Shown here: in pieces, positions 39,192 through 52,623 of the stretch
How positions within the stretch are numbered: the stretch's first letter is position 1
How the letters are laid out: each line of letters opens with the position of its first letter
Assembly: GCF_009914755.1 (NCBI RefSeq)
Contig: NC_060947.1
Direction: 5' to 3' (one strand)
Length of the DNA stretch: 64,000 nt
From: the human T2T-CHM13v2.0 reference genome, Homo sapiens
Notes under the pieces: generated by a model
What the model was told of the DNA's origin: nothing
Database searches by the model: none
The model's input: the letters and a program-made list of their open reading frames with translations, nothing else
Position numbers and translations under genes: made by a program

Positions 39192-40062
39192 ATTTTAACA
39201 GCTTTATTGAGATATAATTCACATACATACATTTTACCTATTTAAAGTGTACAATTCAATAGTTTTTAACATATTCCCAGAGATGCAACTACCCCCACAA
39301 TCTAATTCTAGAGCATTTTCATTTGCCTCTAAAGAAATCCTGTATCCATTAACAGTCATTCTTCATTTGCTGCTCCCCCTTGCCCTAGGCAACCACTAAC
39401 CTACTTTCTGTGTCTCTGGATTAGCCTATTCTGGACATCTCATATAAACTGAATCATATAATGTGTGGTCCTTTGTGTCTGGCTTCTTTCATTTACATGA
39501 TGTTTTCAAGGCTAATTCATGTTGTAGTGTGTATCAGGACTTCATTTCTTTTTATTGTCAAATAATAGCTCATCATGTGGATATATGAATTATGTAATTT
39601 ATAATTATGAATAATGTTGCTATGAACATTGTGCGGATGTGTTTTACTTTTCCTTGCATATATATCTACGAGTGGAATTGCTGGATCATGTGATAACTCT
39701 GTGTTTAACATCTTGAGGAACTGCCAGACTGTTTTCCACCATGGCTGCATCATTTTACATTCCCACTAGCAATGTTTAACAAGGCTTTCAATTTCTCCAC
39801 TTGTTATTGTTTGTCTTTTTTATTACAACCATCCTACCGAGTGTAAAGTGGAATCTCATTGTGATGTGGGTTTGCATTTCCCTAATGACTAATGATGTTG
39901 AGCATCTTTTCATATGCTTATCAGCCATTTTTATATCTTCTTTAGAGAAATATCTATTTAGGTCCTTTGCCAATTTTTAATTGGATTATTTATCTTTTTA
40001 TAAGTGAGTTGTAAGACTTTATATATTCTAGATACAAGTTCATTATTGGATATATAATTGAC
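39192..40062 (-). mobile_element. L1MB 3' end
   Basis: CAGCTTTATTGAGATATAATTCACATAC...CCCTAGGCAACCACTAA...TTGCATTTCCCTAATGACTAATGATGTTGAGCATC; the minus-strand ORFs give L1 ORF2 C-terminal remnants ([14 protein letters not shown]). Confidence 0.9.
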
Positions 40063-40188
40063 AATAGAAATTTACACAAGTTGGCCATCATTTGGCTGCT
40101 TTTCTTCACTTAAAAATTTCTTGGATATATTTCAATTTCAGTACATATGGTCCAGTCTCAATTTTTAAAAGGACTGTTTCAAAAAGTA

Positions 40189-40587
40189 CAGATACTCCCC
40201 TACTTATGATGGGGTTACATCCTGTAAAACCTATTATAAGCTGAAAATATTGAAAATGCATTTAATACACCTAACCTACTGAACATAATAGCCTACTTTA
40301 GCCTAACTTAAACTACTCAAAATGCTTACATTAGCCTACAGTTGGCGAACATCATCTGGCAACAAAGTACACTGTAGAGTATCCATTGTTTACCCTGTTG
40401 ATCGTGATCACCTGGTTGAGTGGGAGCTACAGCTTGCTGGCAATGCCCAGCATCTTGAGGAGGGTATCATTAGCCCAGGAAAATATCAAAGTTAAAAATT
40501 TGAAGTATAATTTCTACTGAATGTGTATCATACCATTGTAAAATTGAAAAATTGTGAGTCAAACCATGTTAAGTTAGCAATCATCTG
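40189..40587 (+). mobile_element. MER47B Tigger MITE
   Basis: TA+CAGATACTCCCCTACTTATGATGGGGTTACATCC...ATCATCTG+TA; TA TSDs. Confidence 0.8.
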
Positions 40588-40888
40588 TATTTTATAGAAT
40601 GTGTGTGCCATGTTTGAAATATCCCCTAGTAATTGCCCCTTGAATGAAGGCTTCTGTTTGTATATTCTTATAGGACAGCTTCTGAACCATACTCTTATCT
40701 CTTCCACATTTTGAGGGTATTAGTTGAATCCACTCTACTAGATTCACGCTCTCTAAGATTGAGGAGCATGTACTCTGCATCTCTTTGAATGTGTGTGGTG
40801 TTTTCTCACCAGAGCATTTAGCATATACCACTCTGTTGTTTGCTAAATTTAGAGTAGATGATTCTCACTGGCTCTTTGTCAACTCTTA

Positions 40889-41223
40889 CGATGTGGTTCG
40901 GCTGTGTCCCCACCCAAATCTCGTCTTGAATTCCCACATGTTGTGGGAGGGACCTGGTGGCAGGAAATTGAATCATGGGGGCAAGTCTTTCCGTGCTGTT
41001 CTTATGATAGTGAATAAGTCTCTGATGGTTTTAAAAATGGGAGTCTCCCTGCACAAGCTCTCTTCACTTGTCTCTCGCCTTGTGAGACATGCCTTTCATT
41101 TTCCACCATAATTGTGAGGCCTCCCCAGCCACGTGGAACTGTAAGTCCATTAAATCTATTTCTTTTGTAAATTGCCCAGTCTCGGGTATGTCTTTATCAG
41201 CAGCATGAAAATGGACTAATACA
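40889..41223 (+). mobile_element. THE1A-type MaLR solo LTR
   Basis: GGCTGTGTCCCCACCCAAATCTC...AAAAATGGGAGTCTCCCTGCACAAGCTCTC...GGACTAATACA; TSD TCTTA/TCATA. Confidence 0.9.
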
Positions 41224-41319
41224 TCATAAAGTCAAATACTTTTCCTCTTTGGGTTTTGTTTTACAATTATGAAATACGTCATCTTAGAGTTGGAATAAAT
41301 CCCATGGTTTCTCTAGTCC

Positions 41320-41543
41320 AGTGGAACGCAAAGTGTGGTCCACAGACTGGTGCCAGATTATAGCCTCTTATTGGCCATGATGATTGAGTAGAGGCATGGA
41401 GAGTTAAGTGTTTAGAAACTTTTATTGTATTTGATATTGCCATTATAGCCAAACACATGATTTCATATCATACACAAATATCAGACCATAATAGATTAGA
41501 AATTCTAAGAAGTCCTTCACCAAAGACAGTTCAGAAATAGTGC
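41320..41543. mobile_element. hAT-Charlie MITE (MER112-like)
   Basis: CAAAGTGTGGTCCACAGACTGGTGCC...TTTAGAAACTTTTAT...GTCCTTCACCAAAGACAGTT. Confidence 0.55.
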
Positions 41544-41679
41544 AATGTGTCCCCACAGCAAAAGTCCCTTCTGCAGCCAACTAAGTAGAATTTACTTAAT
41601 CAGTGTAGCTTATTAATTCAAGCAAGACTTATTCAGTTCCTACAACCTGTACTATACTGTTTAAGCTTGCAGGCCCGTA

Positions 41680-41868
41680 TCTTGGTTTTCACTTCCTAGA
41701 TACGTGGATGTGGAGAGGGTTCTTAATCTCTCTGGGCCACAGTTTCCCACTCTATAAAATGGGTAAATAAGACTTAGTCTCATAGGGTTGCTTTAAGGAA
41801 TAAATGAATAAACCTATATAAAGTACTAGAACAGTCCCTGGTACAAGATAATCATTCAATAAATGATA
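41680..41868 (+). mobile_element. MIR SINE
   Basis: TTAATCTCTCTGGGCCACAGTTTCCCACTCTATAAAATGGG...TAGAACAGTCCCTGGTACA. Confidence 0.8.
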
Positions 41869-42439
41869 TAGAAGTTGACAATGATGCTAATGATGGAGAT
41901 AGAGATGCTGGGTATTGTGGGTACAATTACGTAGAGGCAACAGCCTTTGCTATCCAGTAGCTAATGGGGGAGTATAGACAAAGAGACAATTTCAGTGCAG
42001 TAAGTTCTGAGACAGGGTGAGTACACAGGGTATCCAGTTTTGTCCTAGAGGGCATATTAGTTAGTGTAAAGTTGCTGTAACAGAGACCTCAAATACAGTG
42101 ACATAAAGACTATAGAAGTGTATTTCTCTTTCACCTAATATTTCCGAAGTGAATAGTTATGTTAGTAATGTAGACTGACTCCTGTAACAAACAATTCCCA
42201 AATCTGAGAGACTGAAGACAATAAAATGCTTATTTCTTGATCACATCATGGTCTCATCAGGTGATTAGATAAGTGTCCTTCCTTGTGGTCATTTAGGAAC
42301 CCAGGCTCCCTGGCTCTCTTTGGGTGACTTGTGTCTATAAAGTGGGGGAGAATGAATGGATTTTGAAGGATGACTAATTGCTGCCACAGGGATCCATTAA
42401 TGGTATAATATAGCAGGAGGCCAGAACATGGGGAAATGG

Positions 42440-43640
42440 GGATGTGGGGATGACAAGAGGTAAGGCTGTAGAGGCATAGAGAGAACAGATCATAAAAGAC
42501 CTTGAATGCCAAGTTAAGGAGGCTGGACATATATAAATGATAGAGGAATGGGGATAGGAATACAGTCTGGTTCTTTTTTTTTTAAGTTTTGAAAAGACAC
42601 TCTGGCTGTAACATAAAGAGAATTTTGGAGAGACACAAGAGGGTACCAGTTAGAATCAAATCTATTACATTAATCGAGGCAGAAGATGATGGCTTGAATC
42701 AAGGTGGTATCTAATAGAGAAAATTAGATGGCTCTGAAGGGAATATCTTCAAGACTTGCAGACTAATGGACTAAGGAGAACTGGTAAGAATGACAGTGGG
42801 GACCATAATGACATCCTGCCAACAATTCTCTGACATGGGGAAACCAAGGAGGAGGGTATAGGAGGTGGGCCAAAGTGGGGCATTATAAATCAGGGTTTGA
42901 CTTCATTGAGTTTCAGGTTACTTGGGAGTTTTCCAATGAAGCTGTCCAGTTGGTCTTTGGTGAAAGAGACATGGATTTCAGAAGACAGAGATCTATACTA
43001 GAACTAAGGTCCCGCAGTGTACAAATGGCAGTTAGAGCAATGGGAGTCACTAAAAGGATACCATGTAGAAAAGATACCATGTAGAATGAGAATAGAGTAG
43101 ACCCAAGACAGAGGCTGGTGGAGCATTAGTGTACGTCATATAAAAGAGAGATCACAAAGGAGGCTTAAAGAGTGGCCAGAGGACTCAGAGAGGTCTCAAG
43201 AGAATGTGATATCAGAGAAACCAAGGAAAGACACGATTTCAAAAAGGACAGTCTAGTCAACAGTGTCATGTAAGAGAAACTGCAAAGAGCATCACTGAAC
43301 TTATCCACAGTGACTTTACAAAGACCAATTTGTGTGGCTTGGTGGGAGCAGAAGCCAGACTGGGTGGACTGATAGGAGGGTGAAGGCTATGGAGGGCATA
43401 TAACAAGTGCACACCACTCTTTCAGAAAGTCAGTCTTCAAAGAGGATGAGAGAAAGAGCCAGTAGCTTAGTGGAATATGAGGTTGAGGAATTTTGCTTTA
43501 TGTACATAATGGGAGAAAACTATGCATGGCTGCCAACTAGAAAATGAGGTTGGGTGAAGATAAAGGTGAGAAAGGGCATAATAAATGGAGGTGGGAAAGG
43601 AATCAAGAGCATCATGGATGAGATTAGCCTTGAATATGAG
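42440..43640 (-). mobile_element. L2 LINE fragment
   Basis: GACCTTGAATGCCAAGTTAAGGAG, AAAGACACTCTGGCTG, GAAGATGATGGCTTGAA, TTGAGTTTCAGGT. Confidence 0.75.
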
Positions 43641-43719
43641 TTCCCTTCCCCATGAGTCATTTCCTTTGTGGATGACTAAACAATAGAACTGTATTTCTTA
43701 TACTGAGGGGAAATATATT

Positions 43720-44265
43720 TCCTTATAACTCTCATCTATTAGTCTTATTTCTGCTTCCTCAGCTCTTATATGGCTGCAATTCTGTTTCCTCTTCAGTTTC
43801 TTCTGTAAACATCCATAGTTCCTTCAAACATTTTTCATATGATTTGATCTCAAGCTTTCATTTGAGCAATGTTCAGCTTAAAATGTCAAGCCCAGAACTG
43901 TCAAAAAGCTTTCCAGATGTGGTTTGGCATATGCAGTACCAAGCCCACTGTTTATGTTTTCTTTCTTAATCTGAATATTAATATATTTAGTATTACACAA
44001 TAATTGCAATTATGAGCAATTTTTTTCCTAAAAATGTCACACTATACAAACATTTCTTACGTGCTTATAAATAATTAAGACCCCCAAGTCTTTTTTCCAG
44101 AAACTGCTTTTTAACCAGATCTTCCATGTTAAAAGCTTAGTATGGGTCTCAAGTTTCTCTCTGCTAGTTTTGACTTATTCCAAGCTGTCACCCTATTGGA
44201 TAGGAAATGGACTCTGACATCCAATATATTTTACTCTCTCCCAGTCAGTGCTATCAACTTCAACA
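43720..44265 (-). mobile_element. CR1/L3 LINE fragment
   Basis: GCCCAGAACTG...TCCAGATGTGGTTTG and CATAGTTCCTTCAAACATTTTTCATATG resemble antisense L3. Confidence 0.5.
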
Positions 44266-44278
44266 TTCACAATGCTGT

Positions 44279-44848
44279 TGTGGGAGGCAGAATTCTAAGA
44301 TGATGCCCATGATTCTCACCCCCCGGTATCCACACTGTGGTGTAGTTCTCTCCCCTTGAGTGAGGGTGGAATCTGGGACTTGCTTCTAGATAATAAAGTA
44401 TGGCAAACGTGAAGGGATTTTGCAGATGTAATGAAGGTCCCTTAGCAGTTGTCTTTGAGCTAATCAAAAGGGAGATTATCCTGGGTGGGCTTGACCTACC
44501 CAGAGGAGCCCTTTAAAAAAGGGTCCAGACCTTCTGGAAGATGAGACCTGAAGCAGGATGTCTCTTCTGATGATTTTGAAGAAACAAACAACCATACTGT
44601 AAACAAGCTATGGAATGGGTGGTCTCTAGGTTGAGAGCCTCAGTTCTCCAACCGCAAGGAACTAAACTCTGCCAACAACCTGAATGAGCTTGGAAGAAGT
44701 CCTTGAGTCCTATGATGAGACCACTGCTCCTGCCTTGATTGCAGAGGACCCAGCTAAAGCCCCACAAAACGGTGAGTTAATAAATGTATGTCGTTCTAAG
44801 CCACTAAGTTTGTTTTTCATTTGTTATGCATGATAGGAAATGAATGTA
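44279..44848 (+). mobile_element. MLT1E2-type MaLR LTR
   Basis: TGTGGGAGGCAGAATTCTAAGATG...GCAGATGTAATGAAGGTCCC...GGAACTAAACTCTGCCAACAACCTGAATGAGCTTGGAAG. Confidence 0.85.
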
Positions 44849-45814
44849 CTTGTCTTGAGCATTACCGTCCATGTTTTGGGTAAGAGAGTTGGACTGCACA
44901 GGGAGAGAGCACTATCTGTTTGAGACTCCCTCCTCCACTTCTCACCTGTGGCTTCCATAGCATCCCTGATGCTATTTGCCCACCCAGGCTAATGAACTTC
45001 ACTTGGTGAGAGGTAGAAAACATCACTGTAGTGCACCATATATTAGCTTCTGAGCCAGAAAAAAATAGAGGACATACTGAAAACCAGTTATGTTCGTATT
45101 GTATACTACTGTGGTACTTATTAACCATCCTGCTGACTCATTCTGTGACAAAGCACCTGAATCATGCATTAGCAGACCGTCTCTGTCATTGTGAGAGAGC
45201 CATTTGCCTCAAAATAAAGAATGTCTGTTAATATTCTGGGCAAACTTGAGACTCTTGACTGAGAGGCCAACCCTGCCCTCTCATTAGTACTTTGTGGGTG
45301 TCAAGACTTTCGTTAAAATTCCACTTCCTTTAATGTGGTCACCTTGGCATGCTTTTTGAATGAGTTTAGTGGCTTAGGGAGGATTGGTTTTTCCAAATAC
45401 TAGGCAAGAATGCAGAAAGTAATTGGATTTGGTATACTTTGTAGCATTTCATCGGATTGCTTTGAGAAGAGCTCTTAAAGAAAGGCTTTATTTAAATCAG
45501 AACAAAGAGGGAGATTCAGCTGGAGGCACTGATGAGCTTCTATGGGATTCTATGACTAATGCTGCATGTCTATACCAGGCTTCCATGTAGACGGATATTA
45601 TGACATTAGTGTGTGTAAACTCCACAGTGCTGAGGGAGGAGGGGAAGATGGTCACCCCACTCCATTTAAGAAAGTTTGTAGGAATGTAGTGAGAATCCAG
45701 GAGGCTGAATGGATTTTATGTTGCTTCATGAACAAGTGAGCAGAAAACTTCAGTTTTTGGGTGATTTTGTATCTCAGAGATGCTTTCAGGCAATAGCTCT
45801 GCACCCAGCATAAG

Positions 45815-45868
45815 CAGGCTGTCTCAACCTTAGCACTACTGACATTTAGGGCCAAGTAATTCCTTCTG
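45815..45868 (+). mobile_element. MER20 terminal fragment
   Basis: TCTCAACCTTAGCACTACTGACATTTAGGGCCAAGTAATTCCTTCTG. Confidence 0.65.
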
Positions 45869-46188
<320 letters not shown>

Positions 46189-47578
46189 CATTTAGTATAA
46201 ATTTCAAGAAGTGAGTTAGTTGCCAGATCAAAAGAGCAGAATAATCTTAACACTCTTGATTTATATTGTCCAAATACTCCCCAAAAAAGTTGTATCAATA
46301 TTCACTCCCAACAGCATATGAGAATCATTTGTTGCTTAGTATTCACATAGTTAACATTCACTGACACTGCGTATTTTTTAAGTATCAGGAATATATCTTT
46401 AAAATTGTCACTAATTATAATCTGTTCAATTTTGTATTTCTTATTTGAATATGAGTTTGTCTAATGACCAGGGAATTCACAGTTACTACTACCAATAATA
46501 AAAAATAGTCACATTGAAAACCCAGAGAAAAGTGAGCGAATATGGTTTTCCTTTCTGAGTTTTTGCTACTGCTTTCCTAAAACCTACTGTCCTGCTGGGA
46601 CCATTCCTACAATTTCCAATCTAATTCCAACCTTCTTATAGGAGAGATGTGATCAAGAGCATGTTTGTTCAAGAGTTTCTACTCTATACACACAAAAAAA
46701 CAGAGGATTGAATTGTCATTGAGCCAATTTGTTTTTGCCAATAATTGGGAAGAGCCTCAGATATCAACAAATCAAATACTTAGAGAGAAGGCTGTTGAAA
46801 AACTGGAAAGAAAGATCTAAAATGTCATGAATTTGTCCATGGATGTTCAGTTAATTATTCACTATAAGAGGTAATTTTCAATTCATCAAACCACTATCTA
46901 TATTTATTGTTCTTAAGGAAGGTGAAGCACCAGCTTCTAATTAAGAAAACTAGCCTGGCTAATCTAACAAAATGGAAGTAAGAGGTTGAAGCCATTTACA
47001 GAACTTAGTTTCCTGCTGTTCATTCTGACTTGCCCAAGCTTCCTGATAGTAATGAAATTTTCTTCAGGTGGAAGACCAAGACTTGGGAGAGAAATTGAGC
47101 ACGGAAAATCAATACTAAGTTTCAGTGGTTCCTGACCAGAACATTAAGCTCCTTTTTATGGCTCAGAAAGAAACAGATCCAAGTGACTCAGTCCCTTCTC
47201 CCTGGTTGGTGGGCGACTTCACAAACAATATTAGATTTTGGTTTCTTTAAAAACTATACAATTCACTCAAGTCTGAGAGGTTATTTTTTTTCAATGGTAT
47301 AAATACTGACAAGATTTTCATCTTTAATTGGGTTGGCATTTTAATTAGGTATTAACTTTGTTCATGAAAACGAAGATGAAAGTAATTATTTAGGCTGCAG
47401 CCTTTTGAGAGGATAACACTTGTCAATAACATCAGAAAATGTTGGCAGTGAGGAAGGTCAGAAATGACCTCTGATCTTTTCTCACAGGATGTGCTATGAA
47501 TTTGATGTTGTTAAGTATGTTAGTAAAAGAAAAATGAATGTAGTCCAGTTTGGAAAAGGTTTTCTTTCAATCCTGTAA

Positions 47579-48205
<627 letters not shown>

Positions 48206-48459
48206 TTCTAGAGCCAGATCTTTGTACTTGGCACATATTTGAATCAGAAGAGAATAAGTATTCATATAAAAATCTCTACTTATGAATATGGAAGGCCCTT
48301 GTTGGCATGGAGGAAAGAATGTGTAGAAGCATGAGAAGAGAAGCTCAGAATGTTATTAGAGGCCTCTAATAAAGAATTGAAGAGAAAACCATCAACTAAA
48401 CTAAATCGTCAACTGAGAATTAATGAAAACTTTACCAAAAAGCCTATGAACATGCATAT

Positions 48460-49507
48460 GCCGTTGGCCTTCTGTATTTGTGGGCTCTCCATCCATAGAT
48501 TCAAGCAAAATATTTTTAAAAAAAACAATAAAAATAATAATACAATAATAAATAATACAAATAAAAACCCAACATAGTATTGTTATAGCTAGACAGGCAT
48601 GAGCAGGGGGCAGGAGAGGGCTCTCGCCCCCACCCACTAGAAATGTAGGGTGATGGTTTGGCAATTATTGCATTGCCTCTCTAAAAATGACAATTTGGCA
48701 GCCAGGGAGAGACGAGCTCCTGATGGTCCACACCTGTTAACATTAAGTGTTAATTGAATGCAGGCCCCAGGGAGAAGCAGCTTCTTGGCCATGCGTGTTG
48801 AGACAAAATGACAAAGTATGACATTCCAGGGACGCACGCCACCAGAAAAGGAAGAAAGCCTCAGATGGGCATACGTATAACTCCCTAAACACACTGCGCA
48901 TGCTCAATTCCCAAGGGTAAGGAGGGCACCGTGCACGCTGAAAGCCCACCCTAAGGGAAGAATCATGGGAAAGAGGCGAGCCTGTAAAGTCCCAGGGTCA
49001 AGGTTAAAGGGATCTCTTTTCTCTCCTTGACTTTAAGGCACTACTTGGGTCTCTTCCAAGCGAGTTTTCCTTGCTTTCCTGTTCTAAAGCTTTGTAAATA
49101 AACTTCCATTTCTGCTCTGCAACTTGCCTCAGTCTTTCTCTGCTTTATGGCCCTCAGTCGAACTCTTTCTTCTGAGGAGACAAGGGCTGAAGTTGCTGTG
49201 GACTCATACAGATTCACTGCCAGTAACTCAGGGTAACTCAGATCTCTGTTACCACAGCAATTTACAGAGCCTTTACATTGTATTAGGTATTATAAATAAT
49301 CTAGAGATTACTTATAAACTCCTTAGTATAGAGATTAAATTATAAAGAGATTACTTAAAATCTCTATAATTTAAAGTATATGGGAGTATGTGCATAGGTT
49401 ATATGCAAATACCATGCCATTTTATATAAGGGACTTGAGTGTCCTTGGATTTTGGTATCCATGGGGGTCCTGAAACCAATCTCCCATGGATATCAAGGGG
49501 CAACTAT
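48460..49507 (-). mobile_element. MER2 Tigger MITE split by a MER50 LTR
   Basis: GTTGGCCTTCTGTATTTGTGGG...[LTR]...TTTACATTGTATTAGGTATTATAA...GGACTTGAG...GGATATCAAGGGGCAACT. Confidence 0.8.
48581..49258 (+). mobile_element. MER50-family ERV1 solo LTR
   Basis: AGACAGGCATGAGCAGGGGGCAGGAGAGGGCTCTC...CTGCGCATGCTC...AATAAA at about 49097. Confidence 0.8.
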
Positions 49508-49509
49508 AC

Positions 49510-49962
49510 TGAACTGTCCCATAGAACTTATGTTTATGGTCTTTTAAAATAAACATAGGAATTGACCCCCCTGGTCTTAAAGCTTGAAACTTATAATTGT
49601 CTTATATGAGTTCCTTCCTCAGGAAACCGACCCTCAGGCCTTCCAGATAGTAAATATCAAGGAACTGAAACTCACCAGATCACAGCATCCAGACAATGAG
49701 ACACCAGACCCTTCATTTGTCATGATTACTTCCTTACCTCCTTAATTCCTGTTTTCCCCTTATGTAGCTGCATTCCTTCTCCACTATATAAACCCCCAAT
49801 TCTAGTCAGCTGGGGAGATGGATTTGAGACTGATCTCCTACCTCCTTGGTGGCAGCACCTGAATAAAGCCTTTCTTCCCTGGCAGTACTCATTGTCTCAG
49901 TGACTGGCTTTCTGTGCAGCAAGCAAGGGGACCTAGACCAAACCTCTGGCATTTCAGTAACA
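49510..49962 (+). mobile_element. MER4-group ERV1 solo LTR (LTR54-like)
   Basis: TG...CA ends; TATATAAA at about 49786; AATAAA at about 49862; TCAAGGAACTGAAACTCACCAGATCAC. Confidence 0.7.
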
Positions 49963-50543
49963 GTATTAGGGATTCAATGTAATTCAATTAAAGACATTAA
50001 ACAAATATTATTATGTGGCAGGCACTGTGCTAAGCCATGAAGGTTACAAGATGAATGACTCATGGGCCTACCACATGAAGAACTAAGAAATATTTTTGTA
50101 GGATTTCATTCTCCAGAGCTGTAGTTGGCTAGAGCACTGATCAGCTACACCATTGAACTGGTACATTGTGCAAAGGCAGAAAAACTGATCAAAATTGAAT
50201 ACCTCATCTTTCCCCTCAAACCCACTTTTCTGAATGTATTCTCAGTTTTGGGAGAGACATCGCCACTAGCTGGCCAACTTGGTTGTCAAATTGTCTGCTT
50301 TCTCTTTCCTATGCTGAAATTTGCTTCTCACTTTACCTCACCTGGCTCCTTGAGGTACTGCTTCAGGATGTCTCAGAAGATCCCGTGACCCATCTCTTCT
50401 TGTTTCCACACCAGCACTAGTCTGAGTTATGTATCTCCCATGTATGTTCCCATAGATCCTGGTGCATGCTTCTCATAACAGGGTCCTTGCTGTTACTACT
50501 ATGTTAAACTATTAAGTGTGTTAATAGTTTCTTTACATGGTAG

Positions 50544-50864
50544 TGTGACAGCCCGGTGCAACAGGATCTCCAGAGAAACTCCAACCAGCCTGTGCACTGG
50601 GAGAGCCACAGAAGTTTGTGTGTTTGCAGGGGGAGGAGCCTGGCCCCTCCTCTTCCTGGGTGGAACCTGGGATTCAATCTGCGAGGCAGGAAGCACACTA
50701 GCAGGACTCTGGCTTTGTAGAGGGTCCCTGTTTCCCTTTTTTCCACTTTGTGTCCAATAAATTCCATTTACTCTCACCCTTCAAAGTGTCTGTGAGCCTA
50801 ATCTCTCATGGCCATGTGACAATAACCCGGCTCTTAGCTGAACTAAAGAAAAAGTCTTACAACA
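50544..50864 (+). mobile_element. MER61-family ERV1 solo LTR
   Basis: AAACTCCAACCAGCCTG...GGAGGAGCCTGGCCCCTCCTCTTCCTGGGTGGAACCTGGGATTCAA...TTAGCTGAACTAA; TSD GTAG/GGAG. Confidence 0.82.
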
Positions 50865-51014
50865 GGAGGAGGCCATTTTCACGTCATGTAAAACTAGAAA
50901 GTGGTAATGTTTGTATGGAATGTGGTAAATGGACGTGGCCAAAGGTAGTGAACCCAGGTTTTCAACTGCCTCATGGTCAGTGCATATGTGAGTATATACA
51001 TATTTGCTTATTAA

Positions 51015-51132
51015 TTAATTAATTCCACCAATATTTATTAAGCATTCTCTTTCTACTGGACACTGTTATATGTGCTGGGGATATAGCATTGAAATAGGCA
51101 GGCAAAGTTTGTGTCCTCACAGAATTTGCTTT
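51015..51132 (-). mobile_element. L2 3' end
   Basis: CAAATATTTATTAAGCA...TGCTGGGGATATAGCATTGAA. Confidence 0.7.
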
Positions 51133-51244
51133 CCAGGAGTTTAAGGTTGCAGTGAGCTATGATGTCACCACTGCACTCTAGCCTGGGCAACAGAATGAGA
51201 CCCTGTTTCTAAAAAGAAAAAAAAAAAAGAGAGAGAGAGAGAGA
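51133..51244 (+). mobile_element. 5'-truncated Alu right arm (J/FRAM) with A/(GA)n tail
   Basis: CCAGGAGTTTAAGGTTGCAGTGAGCTATGATGTCACCACTGCACTCTAGCCTGGGCAACAGA. Confidence 0.85.
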
Positions 51245-51479
51245 AATAAATGGAGACCAATTATCTACTTTAAACTCTAATCGGAGCAATTAAACTTTTA
51301 TTCATGTTAGAAAATATCGTAAAGAGGTAAACTCTTCTAAGCTGTCACATAATTAATAAATTTACAATATAGAATATAGTAATATTAGAAATTCCATGAG
51401 AAGAGAAACAATTATATAAGGTGAGGTAATAAATATTATTTAAAAAAGCAAGATGACATGGGCACTGAATGTGTAACTG

Positions 51480-51950
51480 GTGTTTGGTAAGGTGGCCAGG
51501 GACAGCATCTCTTAAGACATAATGCTTGGCACTTGCAGAGACCAGGATGAACAGAGGGGTGAGTGTGGGGTGGTTAGAGCAGAATAAGAGAATGTCAAAG
51601 AGAAGGGAAGGGACAATTTATATAAAACTATTCAGCTCTGGGAAGGAGTTTGGATTTTATTCTGAATATGATGGGGACAGACACTGGAGGATTATGAGCA
51701 GGAATGTGACGTGGTTTGATTTGGTTTTACAAAGTTCTCTAAGTTCGCTTTGCAGGAAACAGACCATGGTTATAGGAAAAGAAAGCAGAAAACCAATGAG
51801 GTGACTCTGGCAGTCAGGAGAGAGTTGGTGGACTTTGATGATTATGTTGACAATAGAGGCAGTGAGAAGAGGTCAGACATGAGATCTGTCTGAATGTAGA
51901 GCTGCTAGGAATCGCGGAAGAATTGACTGTGGGAATGAGGAAAATAGAGG
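51480..51950 (-). mobile_element. L2 LINE fragment
   Basis: GGAAGGAGTTTGGATTTTATTCTGAAT...GAGGCAGTGAGAAGAGGTCAGA. Confidence 0.75.
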
Positions 51951-52238
51951 GGGCCAATCACACATGACTGCAAGGATTCATATCAAGTTATTCAGACTGG
52001 ATATATGAACTAGCTATTTACACACACATACACATGCACATGCAAATTTATCACACATGTCATTGACCCAATGGACTTAAATGAAAAACATTTATTAAAG
52101 AATTTAAATAATATTATACATAAATTCTTCAATAAATGTAAACATTTCTTTGTGCCACCTGGCCATTATTTTATGAAACAAAAGTGTCTAAAGAAAATGT
52201 TGGCCCTTAGATTTTTTTTTTAATTTTACCTCCTATCA

Positions 52239-52372
52239 GAAATAACTAATGTAGATGATGGGTTGACGGGTGCAGCAAACAACCATGGCATGTGTATACC
52301 TCTGTAACAAACCTGCACGTTCTGCACATGGACCCCAGAGCTTAAAGTATAATACAAAAATAAAAATAATAA
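52239..52372 (+). mobile_element. very short L1PA (about PA7/8) 3' insertion
   Basis: GGGTGCAGCAAAC...ACAAACCTGCACGTTCTGCACATG...CTTAAAGTATAAT; 17-bp TSD AATT(T/G)TAC(C/G)TCCTATCA. Confidence 0.9.
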
Positions 52373-52623
52373 AATTGTACGTCCTATCATGGGTGTAGAA
52401 GTGAAGACCCAGAGATGGGCTCAGAGGTTCATACTAGGTCATAGTCAGTATATGCCAAAACAGGTGATAGAATCCTCTTCTCATGTTTTCTTTACAAGTT
52501 CTGGTATAAATCACCTTGCCTTTTATGAAAGGCATTATTTTATACTTGTATCTATTTAAAATAAAGTTTGAAGCTCAGCATGAGAAATTCACTCTTGGGA
52601 ATAGTTTTAAAGCAGTGACTTAG

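Noticed and set aside
39517-39973. ORFs resembling the L1 ORF2 C-terminus
   Set aside because: Broken remnants of an L1MB copy, not a functional CDS
50544-50864. p53 response element in MER61
   Set aside because: Some MER61 subfamilies carry one, but I found no paired RRRCWWGYYY half-sites in this copy
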